A stretch of DNA of 64,000 nt from the human T2T-CHM13v2.0 reference genome, Homo sapiens: the NCBI RefSeq assembly GCF_009914755.1, contig NC_060927.1; one strand, written 5' to 3'. The notes below the pieces were generated by a model that saw nothing but the letters and a program-made list of their open reading frames with translations, did not search any database and had not been told where the DNA came from. This document shows positions 26,781-46,853 of this stretch, one piece after another. Within the stretch, counting starts at the first letter, position 1. Each line of letters opens with the position of its first letter. A program made the translations under genes and the position numbers.

Positions 26781-27507
26781 GGCCCTCCATTTAGCATTAT
26801 TACACAACTTCCCATTTCTTCCCCAAATTTAAATAGTTTTATTATTATTTGTAGTTCTTTCATTGATTATATTTGTAACTTTAAATATAAGTTATGCTAC
26901 TGAAGATCATAAAAATATAAGTCCTATACCTCTATTTCTTGTTTCAGCAGCTTCAGACATAGCTCCTTACTATGTAAAATGAGAAAATTGTATTTCTATC
27001 CTTATGTTCACACCACTTCCCCCTTCCAACACCCAACTCCTGTCAGCCATACTTTTATACATGAATTAAAGTTGACATTTGCATTATCTTCTGAAACTAA
27101 ATTTTTTTTACTTTTTATATAAGTTGACCTTAAAAGTTGAATACCAAAAAATATATAATATTACTATGATTTTATAAATCTTGCTCGTTTCAGTCAGGGC
27201 TAAGCATGCTAACATTTCTAAGATTAATTTCCTTTTCTAAAGATAGAATGCTATGATTCCTTTGTGTTATTTGGTGGATACTTTTCCTAGAATCTGTGTT
27301 AACTGCATTCACTTTTCTTACATTTCATCAACTGCTCAAAATTTTGTTCCATTCTTGTTTCCTTTACATTTATACCATGATTTTTCTATGTATAATAATT
27401 TTAAAAATTAACATCCTGTCTAACATCTTGTCATTCTTGAAAACTACGTAACATGACTTCCCCCATTCCCACATTGTTCAGGCTTTTGGTCAGTCAATTG
27501 CATGGAA

Positions 27508-27736
27508 TTCCTTCCTTTCCTTTCTTTCCTTCCTTCCTTCCTTCCTACCTTCCTTCCTTCCTTCCTTCCTTCCTTCCTTCCTTCCTTCCTTCCTTCCTCC
27601 CTCCCTCCCTCTTTTCTCTTCTCTTCTCCTCTCTTCTCTTCTTCTGTCCTCTCCTCTCCTCTCCCCTCTCTCCTCTCCTCTCCTCTCCCCTCCCCTCGCC
27701 TCCCCTTCTCTTTTCTTTCTTTCTTCTCTTTCTTTC

Positions 27737-27792
<56 letters not shown>

Positions 27793-27850
27793 TTTCTTTC
27801 TTTCCTTTCTTTTTCTTTTCTTTTCCTTTCTTGTCTTTCTTTTCTTTCTT
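27508..27850. repeat. Compound polypyrimidine microsatellite (CCTT)n-(CTCTC/T)n-(CTTT)n
   Basis: About 340 nt with only about four purines. Confidence 0.97.
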
Positions 27851-28430
27851 GAAACCTTCTCTCCCATGTCCTATGATAGTTGAAAATACTTATCTTTTAT
27901 ATCTACTTGCAAGGGTATCATACTGAAGCTTCATTGTGCTCCTAAGTCCAAACCTCTTTTCCTGGATTCCATATTTTCCTTTTTTTGCTTGTTTTTCTGG
28001 AGTATGTTATCAATTGACTTGCTCATATAAAGCATATGGGAGACACAATTTGGGGGTTGTTTCTTATCTGAAAATCACTTTATTTTATAGCAACACTGGT
28101 CTAACAATTTGGCAGGATATAAAACTCTGTTATATATAATCTTTCCTCACAACTTTGAAGGTGTTTTTCCACTGCCTTCTAACTTACGAAGTTAATATTG
28201 AGAAGCCTGCTGTGAGTCTCATGCTCATTCTTCTGTGGATATATTTTTATTTCTTCTCTTTCTGTCTGATTTTGGGATTTTAAGATTTTCCCTTTGTTCT
28301 TCATTTTCCCAAGTAAGGAAGGCATAGGTAGTCAATACATTAATTTGTTCATTTTTGCTCTCTATACACTTTAAGAACCTTCTAAATATGAAGACTGGTG
28401 TCCACTTTTATCTCTATAAGATATTCTATT

Positions 28431-28465
28431 GTTGCTTCTCAGCCTTTTGGCTAAGATCCTGTGTA
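28431..28465 (+). pseudogene. U2 snRNA 5' fragment (nt 1-35), tailless retropseudogene
   Basis: gttgcttctcagccttttggctaagatcctgtgta vs U2 ATCGCTTCTCGGCCTTTTGGCTAAGATCAAGTGTA, 30/35 identical; flanked by ATTCTATT direct repeats. Confidence 0.85.
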
Positions 28466-29670
28466 AAAATTCTATTATTGCTTTGATAATTTTTTCCATA
28501 AGTTTCTCTTTCTGAAACTTCTTGGTGGATACCATAGTTCCTGACTATTTTGTTGTGTCTCTTTCATTTTGTTCTCATATTTTATATTTCTTTTTATTTA
28601 CCTCTACATCCTGGGATTTTTTCAAACTTTTCTTCAAAAAGTTTTGTTTGGATTTCATTCCTAAGAATGTATTTTTAATCCCCAATATCTCTTTTGAATT
28701 CATTGATTGATCATTTATTTTTACCTTTTTTCAAATTTCATAAACGAACTATCTTCTCAACACCCTCTGACAGTATAATAAAAATTATTCCTATTTCTTA
28801 TGTCAAGTATCTGTTGCAGGATCCATTATTCTTTACTCATATTTTATTTTGATGGTATTTTTCATTATCTCATGCTGCTGTATTTCTATTCATACAGAAA
28901 AATTAGAGGTTCATCTGGCAATTTGGCTGCGTGGATGTGGATCTCTCCTGCTTTTGTACATGTGACATGTGGGCTCTTTTCCTGCTAGACTTCTTTCTGA
29001 ATGGAAGGCTGACAGGACATTCAATGCACTTAGCAAAACTTATCAATTGCCAGTCTTAACATTTGAGTGGCAGGCCAGAAATGAACCTTTAACCTACGAA
29101 TTTCCAAATGCAAAATAAAAAGGAATTTTAATTTGGGTTTACTAGCACCCACTTTGAGATCTAGTACCCATCTTGGTCATCTTAGCCATCCCAAGGATCC
29201 ATCTGATTTAGAAAATTGCTCCCAAATTTTAGCTAAAATTCCAACTCTAAGTAGTTAGTAAGAGAGTTCTAATTTCTGAATTTTCTGACCTTGAAACTTC
29301 TAGCTTCTTCCAGGAAAACTGTCTCCCACAAGTATTATGGGCAGAGATTTTGTCTGCTACATTCCACGTAGGTATAAGATTTAACATTACAGAAATTTTT
29401 TTAAATCTCTCATACTTCTCTATTCTTTTTGCTATTACTAACTTGTCATTAAATAAAATTCTATACTGTTATTTCAACAGAATCTCCTTCCAGAGAAAGA
29501 GAAAAAAATACCTGTGTTCTAGTTACTGTTAAACCGAAAGCTAACTTAAACTACAAGAGATTTTCAAGTTCCTTTGTAATGGTCCTATTTGTAGTGTGGG
29601 AGGTGTACAAAAACTGATATCCTTTGTATTGTTTTATATCTTAAAAAAGACCGACTATTGAAAAGGAATT

Positions 29671-30830
29671 TTTAAATTTACTATTAATATTACCTTTTAC
29701 TGACAAATCATACGTACCTTTATGGGGTATAATATGATATTTTGATGTATGTATATACATTGTGGAATGATTTAATCAAGCTACTTAACATATCCAGTAC
29801 CTGGCTTACCAATCATTTTTTATCATGAGCCATTTGAAATTCAGTTATTTTGAAATCAACAATACACTATTGTTGACTGTGGTCATCTTGTTGTGCAGTA
29901 GATCTCAAAACCTATTTTTCCTGTCTACCTGAAGTTTTGTATGCTTTGGTCAATAGCCTCCCATTTCCTCCCTCCTTACCTTCCAGCCTATTCTACTTCT
30001 GAGTTCAACTTTATTAGATTCCACATATAAGTGAGATTAGGTGGTATTTGTTTTACTGTGCCTTGCTTATTTCACTTAATATAATCTTCTCAAGATTCAT
30101 CCATGTTGTTGCAAATGACAGGATTTAATTTAAAGCTAAATAGTATTCCATTGTGCATATACACCACATTTTCACTGTTCATTCATCCATTAATGGATAT
30201 TTAGGTTGATTTCATATTTTGGCTATTGTGAATAATGCTGCAATGAACAGATATCGCTTGATATACGGATTTCAGTTCCTTTGAATATATAATCAGAAGT
30301 GGAATTACTAAATCATATGGTAATTCTATTTTGAGTTTTTTGAGGACCCTTCATACCAATTTCCATAGTGGCTATGCTAATTTACATTCCTAGCAACATT
30401 TGTTACCTTTCTTATTTTTGATAAAAGCTATTTTAACAGGTGATAAGTGACATTTCATTGCGGTTTTAATTTGCATTGCCCTGATGGTTAGCAATGCTGA
30501 GCATTTTCTCATTTTTCATGTACCCTTTGACCACTTGTATGCCTTCTTTTGAAAAATGTCTGTTCTCATCTCTTTTGAGTCATATTCAAAATATTGTTGC
30601 CAAGATCAATGTCATGGCACTTTCCTCCTATGTTTTCTTCTAGTAGTTTTACATTTTTAGGTCTATATAAGTCTGTAATCCATTTTGAGTTAATTTTTGT
30701 GTATGGTCTAAGATAAGGGTCTAATTTCGTTCTTCTCCACATAGATATTCAGTTTTTTCAACACGATTTATTGAAGAGACTGTCTTTTCCTGATTGTGTT
30801 TTCTTGAGACCTTGTCAAAACTTAATTGAT
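29671..30830 (-). mobile_element. L1MA 3' fragment
   Basis: ttagattccacatataagtgagat, tttcatattttggctattgtgaataatgctgcaatgaaca; possible TSD aaaaggaa(t/c)t at 29661-29670 / 30831-30840. Confidence 0.85.
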
Positions 30831-31174
30831 AAAAGGAACTGTTTGTTATTTAAATAACTATAGTTTACTTTTTTGTTGTTACATGTAGATTTACTGAGAT
30901 AGAGCATGCAAATGTGGTTCAGAACATACCATACAAGGACTTTGTTTTTCAAGTTTTGCCAGACACAGCTGAGACCAGTTCATTGTCTTCCTTCTTTATC
31001 TTCACAAAGCTCCTTTTTGTGTGTATCTACTACTGCTATTTTGGGTTCATAAGCATTCCTCAGTGATCAACAGACCTAACATAATGCAAATCTCTCCCTT
31101 ACATTATAAAATTATTTCTGTAAGCAAGAAATTCCTAAATCCAATGTACCTTGGATTTATTCTGTAGCAGATTC

Positions 31175-31391
31175 TGTAGCAGAACAAAAATATTAGTGGA
31201 AAAACTAATAAAATCTAAATAATGTCTGATGTTTAGTTGATAGTAATGAATTAATGTGTTTTTTCTTTAGTTTTGACAAATATGTAAGATATTAATGTTA
31301 GGGAAAATCGGGTGAGAGGTACATGGGAACTCTTCATAGTATTTTTGCAACTTTGAAAAATCTAAAATTACTTCAAAATAAAAAATTTGCT

Positions 31392-31393
<2 letters not shown>
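31175..31393 (+). mobile_element. L1MC/L1MB-like 3' end
   Basis: gtgagaggtacatgggaactct...tttgcaactt...aatctaaaatta. Confidence 0.65.

Positions 31394-31428
<35 letters not shown>
31394..31428. repeat. (CA)17 microsatellite
   Basis: Direct reading. Confidence 0.97.
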
Positions 31429-31431
<3 letters not shown>

Positions 31432-32868
31432 CTGTTCCTTTTCTTTACTTACTGGCCTTGGTTATTATAACAGGATTTAACACTCCAACTTCTTTGGCAA
31501 ATCTTTATAAAGCACCTACTACTATGGGTTGGATATGATGGTAGATACTTTGAGGATATAAAGATGAATAAGATTTCAGTTTGCATTTAGAGAATTATTT
31601 TTTTAAAGGACATGAATGGCATTTATAATTTTTAGTTTACATCTGCTAATTTAATTGTGCTGTGTCTGTGAAGGTAGGGGCCTTCTATGATTCTTCCTTA
31701 AAACCTAGCACAAGTAAGTCCTTGAAGATGCTGGGTGAAAAAAATGAGTTCATGTATTAAGTAATTATGTGCTGTATGCCCACTATATACCAGGCATAGT
31801 GTCCACTTCAAAGAGAATGCCTGAGTCTTCTTATGAAGAGGTAATCTATCCAGCGTAAATGCCGAAGGTAAATGGGTGGCAAGTGTGATAGTATGGATGT
31901 AGAGTCCATAAACTCAGGTTGATATTTGCTCTGTCACTTACTGTCTACACCTCTCATCTGTATTGTATAGAGTGGCATTTATAATGCTCACTTCACAGAT
32001 ATTTAAATAAAACAATATTTCCTAAAGTACTTTAGAGATAAGATAATACTAATTAAGTCGGCATTTTAAAGTACATACATCCAAAATAAAGTAAACCCAA
32101 TTTTGCTGCAAATATTCTCTTTAAACATTTTTTTGAGAAAAACATTAATAAATACCTTTAGAACATATTTTAAGATTTTTTAAAACAAAAATGGAAATAA
32201 ATTTCCAAGGTTTTCTAACACTGTCTAGGATAGTGAGTCTAAAATAACTAATATTATATCTTCAGGAAAGAGTTAACAAATAATGACTTCATTTCAAAGC
32301 AAAAGCAGTTTCTATTTATTTTAATTTCTATTAACTCTGTCATGCATCATTCATTGGCTTCATAATTATTCTCTTCTATGTCTGAGAACATACTTTACAT
32401 AGCCTCATGGCCTCAAAGTGTGGTGGCCATTCACAGCTCTGTCTCACAAGAGGTTGGGAAGCTAAGGGCTCAACAGACTCTTGTAGCTCGGAAGGTTCAA
32501 GGTTGAAAAAGTCCCACCCACCTTTTTCAGTGAAGTTGATATCCCTGGGTGTGTCCTTCTAGTGTGTTTCAGAGTCTTCCTCCCATGGAACATGTAATTT
32601 CACCCTTTTCAAGTCATTGTCTTAGTCCTGTGTATTGATTAGGGTCCTTAAATGTAACAAGCTAAGACTGTGTCAAAATCAGTCAATGAATATTTCTTGA
32701 GAACCTACTGTGTACAAGGACTCAAGTATACATTTATATAATACTTCGTAACACAATTTAAAACATTATTCAATAAATACTCAGAAAAAATGTTAGACGT
32801 TATTAGCCTTTCATAGAAGTAAAGATTTATGTTCAAGGTCTCAGGAGTTTTAACTCATAAGGATTTTA

Positions 32869-33210
<342 letters not shown>

Positions 33211-33599
33211 TCACGGACTACATCACAACTGGTTACCAAGATAGTTGCTGTGGGTGAAGCAGAGATAATGAGTCACAGATTCTACACTTAAGATCTGTGT
33301 AGTCTCCAGGAGATAAAATCTTTACCAGAACTATACTCACATAAAGTAGAAATGGAAGGTTATCATAAGACAAGTAAAACAAACAAACAAACAAATAAAA
33401 TAGAAAAAGCAATTAAAAGAGAGAAGGAAAATATCAGTGAGGTAAGGGGAGACTCTACATTGCAGAAAATATTTGATTTGGGCTTTGAAAAAAAGATGGA
33501 TTTGGGTGGTATGGATTTGTTTCATTTTTGTGCATATTATTTTATTTCTTTTGCTTGAAATATTATTATACATATAAATACTATATATATTGCTTTTAT

Positions 33600-34190
33600 A
33601 TTAAGAATAACAATACAATTATTTTTCCTATATCCGTCACATTCCCATCACCGTTGAAGCTCTTCAAGTGCCCTTCATCTTTTAAATTATCTCACTTCCT
33701 CACTCCCAAACTAATCACTATCTGGAATGTTAATTATTCTTCATTCTCTTGCAGTTTACCACAGATATGGGTGTCCCTAATCAATATATTGTTTAGTTTT
33801 GACTGTTTTGACCTTTATTTAAATGAAACTATAATAGATGTTATCTTTTGTGATTTGTTTTGTATTCAGCACTATGTTTTTAAAATTCATTAATATTGAT
33901 CCATGTAGCTGTGGTTCATTCATATGTATGCTTGGGATGTTTCTGGTTAATTCATTTCTATTACAAATAGTGCTACTCTAAACATGTTTATCTGTTACTG
34001 CAAGTCGCACACACTGAACATTTGCATATTTGCAAGAGCTTGATCTAGCATGGCAATGCTGTGTCCTAGACTATGTAATCACACCTTTAAGAGTAACAAC
34101 TAATCGAACTGCCTTTTTCAAAGTGGGTTTGCCAATTCATTCTCCCACCAGAAGTGTGTGAAAACTTCAATTACTTCAGTCCTTGAAAGC
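33600..34190 (-). mobile_element. L1ME 3' fragment
   Basis: tattcagcactatgtttttaaaattcatt...gtagctgtggttcattcat; tttcaaagtgggtttgccaattcattctcccaccag. Confidence 0.65.
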
Positions 34191-34651
34191 AAAGACCATC
34201 TTATTTATTTATGTGTCCACACAGCACTTGGCACATGGGGAGGATCTATGATATTTTTTGGTCAGATGAAGGAATAAGACGTGATGCTTAAACAAAGCGA
34301 GAGAAAGAAGATGCAGGTTCTTTTAGGGACTACTATAAAATAAACTTTGTTTTCCTCCAACGGGAGGAGATAGATGACTTTATTGATAAAGAAGACACTG
34401 TTCGAAAAAAATTACATTTTGTTTTTGCACCTAATGGGGTAAGTGCTGAGTCAATTTCCATCTTGGGCTCTGAATCTTGCTACCATCATTTCTTCCTTTT
34501 TTCCTGCCTCAGACAACACTCTATCTCTTTTATTATTTTTGTCATGTAAGGAATGCATGTTCATGAGAGATGAATAAGAAGAAGCTATAGTGATGGATAA
34601 TTTTTTAAAAATTATCATCTGAAATCGTATCATTAAGAAATAACCACTATT

Positions 34652-34990
<339 letters not shown>

Positions 34991-37189
34991 CTATTTGTCT
35001 CTGAGGTTATTTTGATGTTAGTGACTTCAAGGAAGAAAAAGTGGCTTCTGGGAATGTGCATATTGACACAGAAGGTATATAGAATGAAGTGCCTTTTGAT
35101 TTTAAATGTAATCAGACATTCAAGAGAGCAGAACATATGGACTCTCAGAACATCAGAGCAAGGAAGGAATTTACATGTGTCTATATAAGCCCTTTATTTT
35201 GGAAATAGCCAGAAATATTGATCTCAACTCTGATAATTGTACTCCCTTGGTGTGAAACTTCAGATCATTCCTAGAGATTTGAAAGGCTAGAGTCCTCAGG
35301 TGGGCATCCACGGGCATCTCAGTATCAATCTCTGTCCAGTGTACCAGATTCAATATTCAAAGTCAATAAAAAAAATTTTACTTCCCACTAGGTGCCAAAC
35401 TCTGTCACAGATTTTTTTTTAAATTTAAGCCAAATGACAATAGTGTTGTGTTTATTGCTACCACAATTACCACCTTATTTTACAAATGAGAAAACTGAGG
35501 TTGAATATTGAGTTATTTAGACTTTTTGCTAAAGTCTCAGAATAACTTGGTACAGTTCCTAGATAAGCCAAGTGCCCAGATCCCCAAGACACTACATTAA
35601 GAAGATTCTATTCTATGGAGTATCAATCACATAATACATTCTACTTTCATTGGTCCAAAAGCAAGTGACACGTAGATTTTCCACCTGGCATTATTCTTCC
35701 CATTAGGCCTATTTCTTCTCTTCAGTCACTTATGGGTAGCTTTGATTTCTTCCCTTCAGCTTCTCTCCCACCTGGCATGTGGCTGCCACACACGGGGCAG
35801 GGAAGGGTCGGGGGAGGGGTGAATGGGCAGTGTGGAATGGGGCTGGAGGAAAGAAGAGTAGATAGCTGGGTGTTGTTTTTGCTCTAATATTATTGTCTAG
35901 CCAATATCCAAGATGCTGTCCCTCTCTCGTTGCTGTGTACTCTTTGCTCTTTAACTTAGAAGTGTTTATTATGATAAGCTGTGAGCAGATGGACTGAAGT
36001 GAGCAGAGAAATTTGACCCAAGAAGATGTCACTTAAACAGCTGAGGCTAGTATTTCACCAGATGTCCAAGCGGTTAACCCATTGAGAGCTTTATGAAGAG
36101 CAGTAGCAATTTTTTCATTTGCTGAACTCTTAATTACTAATTTTTCTAATTAGTTAATGGTAGCAAGTATTTGCAAATTATAAAGCATATTTTATATTTT
36201 AAAACATTTATATTTAGTATCCTCTTTGATGCATTCATCAATCCAGAGAGATAATCTGCCTCGGATGATAACTAATAATAACTTATATTATTAGTCCTAG
36301 TTTACTGATGAGTAAACTTAGGTGCAACTTGTGAAAAGTCACATGCACACACGGAGGAAGAGCTCAGACCACTAAAAGAGAAGAGAAGTTGGGACAGACT
36401 TACAGACTTCAGCAATCACCTAGTCAAATATGTATACTCAAAAAATGAGAAAACCGAGGTGCGTTCTGCTGGGCTGATTTGTTGAAGCTCCCCCAGTGAG
36501 TTGTGAGTTCATATGGGACTTGAACCCAGGTCCCCTTCTTGCAGCCCCAGGGTTTCCTCTACCAGATTTTTTGATTCCTGACTATTCAGTGTTGCAACAT
36601 GCCTGCCTCACTAGCTGGCAAAGGAGCAATCCAGTGTGCTGGCTGAAGATGAAGGGGGAAAAGGGACTGCCATGTTCTATCCAGTCATCCTGTACAATTG
36701 TGTCAAGCTTCAAAAGCCCTCATGACTCTTAATAAGTAAATAGGTTACTTGAAAGATTGAAATCAAACCTTCCTAGTAATTTTGAGAATTGCTTAACATT
36801 CTGGTTTAAAGAAAAAAAAAAAGGTCATCTCTTTGATTTAATCATGCCACCAATGTTGGAGAGGATGAAGAAAAAAATTCTTATTTTAAATTCTCCTTAA
36901 AGAAAAATAGAGAATTGAGAAAGCTAGTGTAGAGTGAAGGAAAAAAATAGTGGATCAGTAGTCAAACAACCAGAGCCTGAATTTAAACTATGTGAATGTT
37001 ACCTGGATTCTCTGAGTCTCAATTTCTTATGTAAAATGAGAGTAAATACCCTCTTATTTGCCTCCTGTGACTATGGGGAGAATCTATTTTTAATCACTGT
37101 GACTGCTGTATGTAAAATTAAAATTATGCTATACTAATATGAGGCAGAATTTAAAATAACACTAATGGGCATCTCTCCCTTGGTCTGGT

Positions 37190-37440
37190 AAGAGAGGCAG
37201 CAAAGCTTAGCAGCTTGGAGAACAGACCAGGGAGTCGTATTGCCTGGATTTGAATTCTAGTTTTATCATGTACTACTTGTGTGATCTTGAGCAAGCTACC
37301 TAAGCTCACCACTAAAATGTGGATACTAGAATATCTCTCACTGTTTTGTTATGAAGATTAAGTGAGTTAATGTCTGCAGAATTCTTAGAACAATAACTTT
37401 TGCGTAGTAAGTTCTATATAAGTGGCGGTTAAATAAATAA
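37190..37440 (+). mobile_element. MIR (near full length)
   Basis: cctggatttgaattctag...tgtgtgatcttgagcaag...gaagattaagtgagttaatg...cttagaaca. Confidence 0.8.
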
Positions 37441-37740
37441 TTTTAAAAATATAATGATTACTTCAAGGCAAATATACATCCAGGACAACAGAAATGTTCA
37501 TTTAAGATTCTGTCTTAGCTGTTTTCCTATTTTGATTTCTAGCCACAGGCCTTTACTTATAGTAAGTTGGAAACATGCTCCGTGATTACATCTTGACATG
37601 ATTATACATTTTTAATGATTTAAGTTTATAAATAAAGAATGTACAGTATTAGATGCAAATCTAACTTACATTTATCCAAATGACAAACATTATTTACTAC
37701 TTTATGCATTAATAAAACACTCCATACTTGTGTATGGAGT

Positions 37741-40130
<2,390 letters not shown>

Positions 40131-41294
40131 CAGTTTTTTAAGTAGCAGAGGAAACAATGGCAATGGAAGACTAACACAGCATTCTAAGTCTATAATAGGG
40201 AAAGATGTCAAAGTTAATCACACTATTTAATCAATTAGGTGCCAAATAATTGACTATTAGGCATACCTCTGACTTTGAATACAAGAAAGGAAATGTTTTC
40301 TGAAGTCTTCAATGACAATTTATAATAATAATAATAAAAATAAAACTTATAAGAGAATCTATTATATTAAATAAACACGAAGTTATAGCATGCAGAAGTT
40401 TTTAAAAATCTCACCTAATTAAATATTGGGTAAAGGAGGCAGAAGCAATTTACAGAAAAAAAACCTAAATAACAATATTTGTGATGTATCCAGAGATATA
40501 GATACACTGTCTGTGTGTGTGTGCATGTGTGCATGCACATGTGCACATACGTGAGTTTTTTCTTCTAAGTTCTCAGAACAAGGCTTCATTTTCTCTTTTG
40601 CTTCAGAATACTTTCATACCAACCACATTAATTTTATTTGCTAGTACTTAGAGTAAAAAATTTTCATTGTTCCTGTGTAAGCAAATGATTAGTTCTAAGT
40701 TCAGTATGTACAGATATTCATAATTAGTTGATTTATGAATTAAATATAAATATAAATAGAGAATGAAGAAAATATGTGAATTAAAGAGAATAAGAAATGA
40801 TACACACCTTTTCAGAAAGGTTTTTGAAAACATTTTAAAAAATTTAAAGCGTGTACATATACAATGAATTGAAAATACTTTGATGTAGTGCCAAGGCCTT
40901 TTCTAGGTTCAGTATATTTAAAGAGCAAAAGAAAAAACAAATAGAAGACACCCTGAAGCATCGTGCATGCAGAAGTTAAGGAGTTTTATAGTTCTCTCTC
41001 CCACCCCCCATCTCCTAGTCTCGCACTCTTCTCACATGACAGCAAACTCACCCAAAAGCATTTTTTTCCTAAAGCAACACTTCTTATGGGAAACTTCCAA
41101 AATATTCTACTTAACTTTCAGAGAAATCCAAAACAAGCCCTCTTATTTATATTTGTAATTTATTGGTTACATAATATTTAATTAACCTACATGTGGAAGA
41201 AGAAAATCATAACAAATTTGGGAAGCAAACATATATGATTCTTGATAACCCATTGAAGACAGCTCCATCGTGCTAGTACCCTTGAAAGAAGGGT

Positions 41295-41605
41295 ATCAGA
41301 GGTTTGGTCCCTAGTCCGGCAACATCAGCATCACCCTGAGAGCTCATCAGTAGCTCAAACTATAAGCCCCTCCACAGACCTACTGGACTCAGAAATTCTG
41401 GGGTAAGACCAGAAGGCTATATTTAATTGGGTGAGCACTTTTACATTTTTATGTCTTTATATTTTGTATTTGTTTCATATGATCTATGTGATTTATGCTT
41501 TCTAAAATGTATTGAGCTCATCTTTGTGGCTCAATACATTGTAAATGGTCAATTGAAAGCCTCACAGCCACTTTTGATGAATGCTAAAGGTTGAAAACCA
41601 CTTGG
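41295..41605. mobile_element. MER5A-like hAT MITE interrupted by a ~125-bp L1M-like insert
   Basis: catcagcatcacc...cagacctactggactcagaaattctgggg...tttaa then ...aaaggttgaaaaccact. Confidence 0.6.
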
Positions 41606-42391
41606 CCCAGAGTGTCTAGTAGCTGAGAGATCTCAAGTGTGTGGCAGGCAGAAATAAGTCTGTTCTATAGTCCTTAGGAGAGATCTTGCTTTACCTTCAC
41701 TAACTTTCAATCCCCTTGAAAGCTGGCAGAATCCTCCTTGGGACTGGAGGGCTGGATGCTATCTATGCATATGCTTAGCAGAGTTCTCAACTCCTAGCAG
41801 ACACTCACAAAATATCAGTTCACATTCTTAATATGAGATACTTTTCCAGGCCTCTACACAAGAAAGGAAGTCTCCTGCTAGGGGTCATTTTTTGCAGAGG
41901 AAGTGGATGAGGTTTTAAAGCTAGCAGTTCTGGGTTTCTACATGCTTTTTACAGGATGCCACCCCTACATATGGAATTACAGGGATCAAGTTCCTTCCTT
42001 ACCCTGTTTCGGTAATGTGTTCTTTTCCTTCTCAGGTTAATAAAGTGTTGCTAGTCTGAAGCGGAGGTTCCCTTCTTCCCCCTGTAGCTGGGCCACTTTA
42101 ATCGCACCAATAAAGATGAGGAAGAGCCTGTTCTTTCTGCTGAGATACCTCTAACCTTCCTCTGTCATCTGTTAACTAGGTCAGTGTGGAGAGCAAAGCA
42201 GTTTGACCTGATGTCCATTTTATTCTATGCTTGTTCTGTGGTCTGGGCTGGGATAATTTGGTTTGAGGCAGTGGTTGTCCACTATGGCTATACATGAGAA
42301 TCAGTTGAGGAGCTTTTAAAAAATACTAATGTCTTGGTCCATTAAATCAGAGTCTGAGGATGACACCTTGGCAAAGGTCCTTTTTTATTCT

Positions 42392-45419
<3,028 letters not shown>

Positions 45420-46226
45420 AAGCTTCTCAAGGTGATTCTAATGTCTTGCTTGGGCTGTGAACCATTTGTTAAAGGAACACAGTAAGATAATTTCGTTTGA
45501 GGCCTGTGTCTCTATATCATGGATGAGCACATTGCAACACAGTGAGGTTCCATCGCCCCAGGAACCAGCAAGTGGCAGGACTGGAATTCAAAGTCCCTCT
45601 GAGTAAAATATCATGTTTCCTGCAATCCACAGAAAGCCTCACCAACTAGGAAAGTCACATTCCTGTGAATTAAGATAGATACAATAATCAGCTGTGAAAA
45701 AGTGATAGCTGAGCATAGAAAAAGGGTTAATTAATGATACTCATAAAATGTTTAAAGGGAAGCTGGAGTATATAGAGAAGACTAAATATTTTCAATGGAA
45801 CAAGGTCTCTAATGCATCCTGGGCTTAAAATCTGAAATCCCAAAGACAATGAGAAAGTGATGTTCATGGGCTAATGTTCTTTTATGGGCCCCCAAAATAA
45901 AGTCCCTTTTAACTAAGAGCAAGTGCATATTCATGATTCTATGTATTTATTCATTTGTTTCCTGAGAGGAGGCTCTTAGCAAAGAATTACTCTTGCTTTA
46001 ACTAATTTGCAATTCTTTGCAGAACTGAATCTCTGTATCCTAGCTCAAGAGTATTTTCTTGTAGTTTCTCTTGTCTTCTTTTCCTAATGGAAATTCTGGT
46101 TTTTAAGACGACTTATTATTGAAGTAATTATGTCCTCTGCCTCTGTAAGCAGCCTGATTTTCCATAAATCTAAAGTTATCTTCACACCCTCCCAAAAAAA
46201 GGGAAAAATACACACTCTCAAAAATG

Positions 46227-46228
<2 letters not shown>

Positions 46229-46260
<32 letters not shown>
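46229..46260. repeat. (GT)16 microsatellite
   Basis: Direct reading. Confidence 0.97.
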
Positions 46261-46262
<2 letters not shown>

Positions 46263-46853
46263 AAATCTTCCTCTCTCATAAGAACAGTTAGTTCTGAACT
46301 TTATGTATTATACTGGAGTTTTTCCAGAAGCCTGTAAATCTTTTGAAGAAATGGCTTTGTTGCCAAAAAGATTTTTTTTTTTTTCCTGAACTGGGGAGGA
46401 CAAGACATGCAAGAATGGGCATTTCAGTTCAGTTTGCTTAGTGCTCATGGAATCACCTCATTCTCCTGATTAAAACCTGTGATGACTTCCTATTGACCCC
46501 AGGCATCTTTGGCATGAAAAGCTTCTGCTTCATCTTCTGTAAACCTCTGAAGCCTAACCTTCTGACACGTTCCTTTCCCTCTCAAACTCCATGCCACTTA
46601 AATGAAATCTGTATATCTCCTTGACTTTACAGAAATTTCTCTGCCTTTTGCCTGAGTGCCTTTCACCTCCAAATCTACATAGTTAACGTCTTTCTTTTCT
46701 ACAACATCCATTCATCTCTCCTTGGATGTCTTACCAGCCTTTTCTAATGCATTTCCTCCTTTCATTCCTGCCAACCAAAACAAACAAACAAACAAAACAC
46801 ATCTATTTGTTTTAGGAGCCACTTCTCTGTGCTTTCAAAATATCTTGTACTGT

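Noticed and set aside
27453-27926. 157-aa, 125-aa and 116-aa low-complexity ORFs
   Set aside because: Artefacts of a stop-free microsatellite.
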